DNA of 64,000 nucleotides from Candidatus Moraniibacteriota bacterium. GTDB lineage: Bacteria > Patescibacteriota > Minisyncoccia > Moranbacterales > DUUL01. The stretch is from positions 274-64,273 of the forward strand of contig JBFHFF010000002.1 of assembly GCA_041583775.1 (NCBI GenBank). The letters are read 5' to 3'. The notes under the pieces were generated by a model that was given only the letters and a program-made list of their open reading frames with translations, was not told the DNA's origin and did not search any database. Shown here piece by piece: positions 61,258-64,000 of the stretch. The first letter of the stretch is position 1. Every line of letters begins with the position of its first letter. The position numbers were made by a program, and so were the translations under genes.

Positions 61258-62370
61258 ATGCAAAATGATCCGATTATATTTTCCGGAATTCAGCCTTCCG
61301 GAAATCTTCACCTTGGAAATTATCTTGGAGCTATTAAAAATTGGGTGGAACTCCAAGAAAATCATCATTCTTTTTTTTGCGTTGTTGATCTTCACGCAAT
61401 TACTGTGCCACAAGAACCAAAAGAACTTCGCCAAAGGATAGTCGAAATTGCAAAAATATATCTAGCAGCGGGAATTGATCCTGCGAAATCAACTATTTTT
61501 GTACAATCACAAATTCCTGCTCATACTGAGCTTGCTTGGTTGTTAAATACTATTACTCAAAATGGTGATTTGACCAAAATGACTCAATTCAAACAAAAAT
61601 CGGGAGCTGATTTTGATAAACTCGAGTTAGATGACACCATTACTCACGAAGCGATTTTAAAAATCAAAGAACTTTCGGAAGAAAAAAGGATTGGGGCTAT
61701 AGAAAATCTTATTCTCAATAAATTCAGTAACTTTAAAAAACAATTCAATAGCGTAGGAGTAGGACTTTATGATTATCCTGTTTTAATGGCAGCTGACATA
61801 CTTCTATATAACACAGACATTGTCCCAGTTGGTGAAGACCAAACTCAACACATTGAACTAACTCGTGATTTAGCAAAAAGATTTAATCACCGTTTTGGCG
61901 AAACTTTCAAAATACCTAAAGCACATATCCAAAAAACGGGAATGCGAATTATGGGACTTGACGATCCAATGAAAAAGATGTCAAAATCTGCACCTTCGAA
62001 ATTCAACAGAATAGACCTTTTGGATTCGCCTGAAGAAATCAGAGAAAAAATTAAAAGAGCAGTTACTGATAGTGGCAGAACGATTGAATATACAGAAAAA
62101 AGACCGGCAATTAAAAATCTTTTAAATATTTTTTCACTAACTTCAAACCAAACTCCGGAGCAACTAGTGACTCACTTCGAAGGAAGAGGTTTTAAAGAAT
62201 TTAAAGAGGAGCTAGCCGAATCTATTGTAGACTTTCTCGAGCCTTTCCAAGAAAGATATTACAATATTTCAGACGAAGAAGTTAGGGAAATTTTAAATGA
62301 AGGAAGAATTACTGTAGAAAAAATAGCAAAAAAAACTATCTCTGAAGTAAAACAAAAAATGGGTTTGTAA
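61258..62370 (+). CDS. trpS: Tryptophan--tRNA ligase
   Basis: SGIQPSG.LHLGNY, YPVLMAADIL, VPVGEDQ, KMSKS. Confidence 0.96.
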   Translation: MQNDPIIFSGIQPSGNLHLGNYLGAIKNWVELQENHHSFFCVVDLHAITVPQEPKELRQRIVEIAKIYLAAGIDPAKSTIFVQSQIPAHTELAWLLNTITQNGDLTKMTQFKQKSGADFDKLELDDTITHEAILKIKELSEEKRIGAIENLILNKFSNFKKQFNSVGVGLYDYPVLMAADILLYNTDIVPVGEDQTQHIELTRDLAKRFNHRFGETFKIPKAHIQKTGMRIMGLDDPMKKMSKSAPSKFNRIDLLDSPEEIREKIKRAVTDSGRTIEYTEKRPAIKNLLNIFSLTSNQTPEQLVTHFEGRGFKEFKEELAESIVDFLEPFQERYYNISDEEVREILNEGRITVEKIAKKTISEVKQKMGL

Positions 62371-62383
62371 AAATCGTTCCCAA

Positions 62384-62430
62384 GAAAAACAAAAAACAGA
62401 ACAATCGACTTGCTCTGTTTTTTGTTTTTC
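62384..62430. terminator. Bidirectional terminator between trpS and tRNA-Pro
   Basis: GAAAAACAAAAAACAGA...TCTGTTTTTTGTTTTTC. Confidence 0.8.
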
Positions 62431-62435
62431 CTGTG

Positions 62436-62506
62436 TCGGGGCGCCGAGAATCGAACTCGGGCTAAACGCTCCCAAAGCGCTCGTGCTACCGTTACACCAC
62501 GCCCCG
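62436..62506 (-). tRNA. tRNA-Pro(TGG)
   Basis: Minus strand CGGGGCG/CGCCCCG, AGCGC-TTTGGGA-GCGTT, TTCGATT. Confidence 0.93.
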
Positions 62507-62805
62507 TAAAATTTCAATGTTATTTTAAGTTTCAAATAGAACATAAAACAGTCATATAATACAATTTTAATTTGCAAAAGTCAATCCACTCTTAAACCTT
62601 TCTATTTGAAAAATATCTACCTTAACATTGTGCCAAATCTACAACAAATAAAAATGTCTAAATTTGAGGGAAAATTTTTAACTCTCTACTTCTTAAATTC
62701 TGAGGATAAAAAAGAATTTAAACTTATTTTCTCGAGATAGTGGACTTTTTTGCCTTTCCCTGCTAACATTAAAAGAGTTAACCTAAAAATAAAATCTGAA
62801 AAAGC

Positions 62806-63468
62806 ATGAATATTTCCTGGTATGGTCACTCTTGTTTCAAAATTCAAACAAAAGCAAAACGAGGCGGTGACGACATAATAATCTTTACAGACCCTTTTGA
62901 TAAATCAATTGGCCTCAGAAGACCACAAGGTCAAGCAAATATTGTTACTATTTCTCATGGACACAAAGATCACAACGACACCGAATTACTAAAGGGAGAT
63001 TTTTTTGTGGCTGATTCTCCAGGAGAATTTTCAATTCAAGGCGTAACAATTGAGGGAATAGATAGTTATCACGATGACCAACAAGGTGCACTTCGAGGAA
63101 GAAACACCATCTTCATTTTAGAATCAGAAGACTTGCGAATATGTCATTTGGGGGATCTGGGGCACGAACTTACTGATGAACAAGTTGATGCGATTGGTGA
63201 TATTGATGTTTTAATGATTCCTATTGGCGGAACTTACACGCTTGATGCTAAGGGTGCAAAAAAAGTCGTTGGCCAAATTGAACCAAAAATTATTCTACCT
63301 ATGCACTACAAAGTTGATGGTACATCGTTAGATGTTGATGACGAAAAAGAGTTTTGCAACGAACTGGGCGCAACAATAAAGGAAAAAACACAAAGACTTT
63401 CCTTGAAAAAAAGTGAAATAGAGGATACTGAAAACAAAGTAATTTTAATGAGCGTTCTTAATTCATAA
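62806..63468 (+). CDS. MBL-fold metallo-hydrolase
   Basis: WYGHSCF, TDPF, SHGHKDH, HLGDLG, PMHY. Confidence 0.9.
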   Translation: MNISWYGHSCFKIQTKAKRGGDDIIIFTDPFDKSIGLRRPQGQANIVTISHGHKDHNDTELLKGDFFVADSPGEFSIQGVTIEGIDSYHDDQQGALRGRNTIFILESEDLRICHLGDLGHELTDEQVDAIGDIDVLMIPIGGTYTLDAKGAKKVVGQIEPKIILPMHYKVDGTSLDVDDEKEFCNELGATIKEKTQRLSLKKSEIEDTENKVILMSVLNS

Positions 63469-63485
63469 AACTTAAAAACAAAAAA

Positions 63486-63800
63486 ATGTTAGACCAACTT
63501 CTAGAAAAATCAGAGGATTATCGAAGAAATGTTGCTATTTTCTCAACATTTATATGTGGAATTGCTGTTGTAGCAATTTGGCTCTTGATTGCTGGTTATG
63601 ACATCCGTCAATCGACACTTGCTATCATTAACTCTGGCAACACGAGTTCGGAAGAATTCCGTAACAGCCTTCCCTCCATTCGACAAGAAGGTGACACTAT
63701 TGTAACAGAGTTGTCAAAGCAAAATGTTGCTGCATCTATCAATGGTGCGGGTACAGAAATAAAGGAGAAATCTCTCTGGGAAAAATTTTTAGGAAAATAA
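63486..63800 (+). CDS. Small membrane-anchored hypothetical protein
   Basis: Single TM, directly downstream of the MBL gene. Confidence 0.6.
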   Translation: MLDQLLEKSEDYRRNVAIFSTFICGIAVVAIWLLIAGYDIRQSTLAIINSGNTSSEEFRNSLPSIRQEGDTIVTELSKQNVAASINGAGTEIKEKSLWEKFLGK

Positions 63801-63819
63801 TTGTAAATTAAAATCAATT

Positions 63820-63917
63820 AGACTTATCAAGAGAGTTTTTTATAAAAAACAGTAAATTAGAAAATTTTCTTGATAAGTCTTGCAAAAGAAATAGCGAAAG
63901 AATCATATTCTTTCGCA
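63820..63917. repeat. Two adjacent hairpins in intergenic DNA
   Basis: AGACTTATCAAGA/TCTTGATAAGTCT (63820..63880) and GCGAAAGAAT-CAT-ATTCTTTCGC (63895..63917). Confidence 0.7.
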
Positions 63918-63979
63918 ACTTTTGTTTGTGACTTTATAGGAATCTATCTAAAGAAAAAATTAACAAACAATAAATAATC

Positions 63980-64000
63980 ATGGAAAAGGAACCGGAAAAA
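63980..64000 (+). CDS. Possible start of a CDS running off the window
   Basis: ATG GAA AAG GAA CCG GAA AAA after an A-rich leader; only 7 codons visible. Confidence 0.35.

Noticed and set aside
62293-62577. 94-aa minus-strand ORF
   Set aside because: Overlaps tRNA-Pro, the terminator and the trpS end

Overview
AT-rich chromosomal window that reads cleanly in genetic code 11. It most likely comes from a Patescibacteria/CPR (Parcubacteria-like) genome. This is inferred from the type IV pilin trio, Cys-rich surface proteins, scarcity of Shine-Dalgarno sites, tRNAs lacking encoded CCA and anaerobe-type oxygen defence. About 60 CDS: a decaying ArsR/thioredoxin/permease/ArsF/ArsG-like operon; a lipoprotein ferredoxin with an MsrQ-like cytochrome b; nitroreductase; two M23 peptidases; three pilin-like genes; a P3A-type H+-ATPase; a heterodimeric ABC exporter; a HasA/NodC-like synthase, deacetylase and lectin-fold operon; Lgt with a large lipoprotein carrying an HFS (ZU5-type autoproteolysis) motif; peroxiredoxin and Fur/PerR; RND+MFP; glycerol dehydrogenase; two paralogous ECF sigma/anti-sigma pairs; RsgA; a rubrerythrin pseudogene with superoxide reductase; CDF; ABC-F. 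The right end is housekeeping: rpsO, NYN, rluD-like, rplS, deaminase-guaA/guaB, trpS and five tRNAs. No CRISPR array, transposase, integrase or prophage was seen. The best candidates for something undescribed are the Lgt/HFS-lipoprotein pair, the lipid-anchored ferredoxin/cytochrome b pair, the exopolysaccharide operon and a three-way-junction RNA in the rpsO leader. All family calls come from motif recognition by eye, not from database searches.
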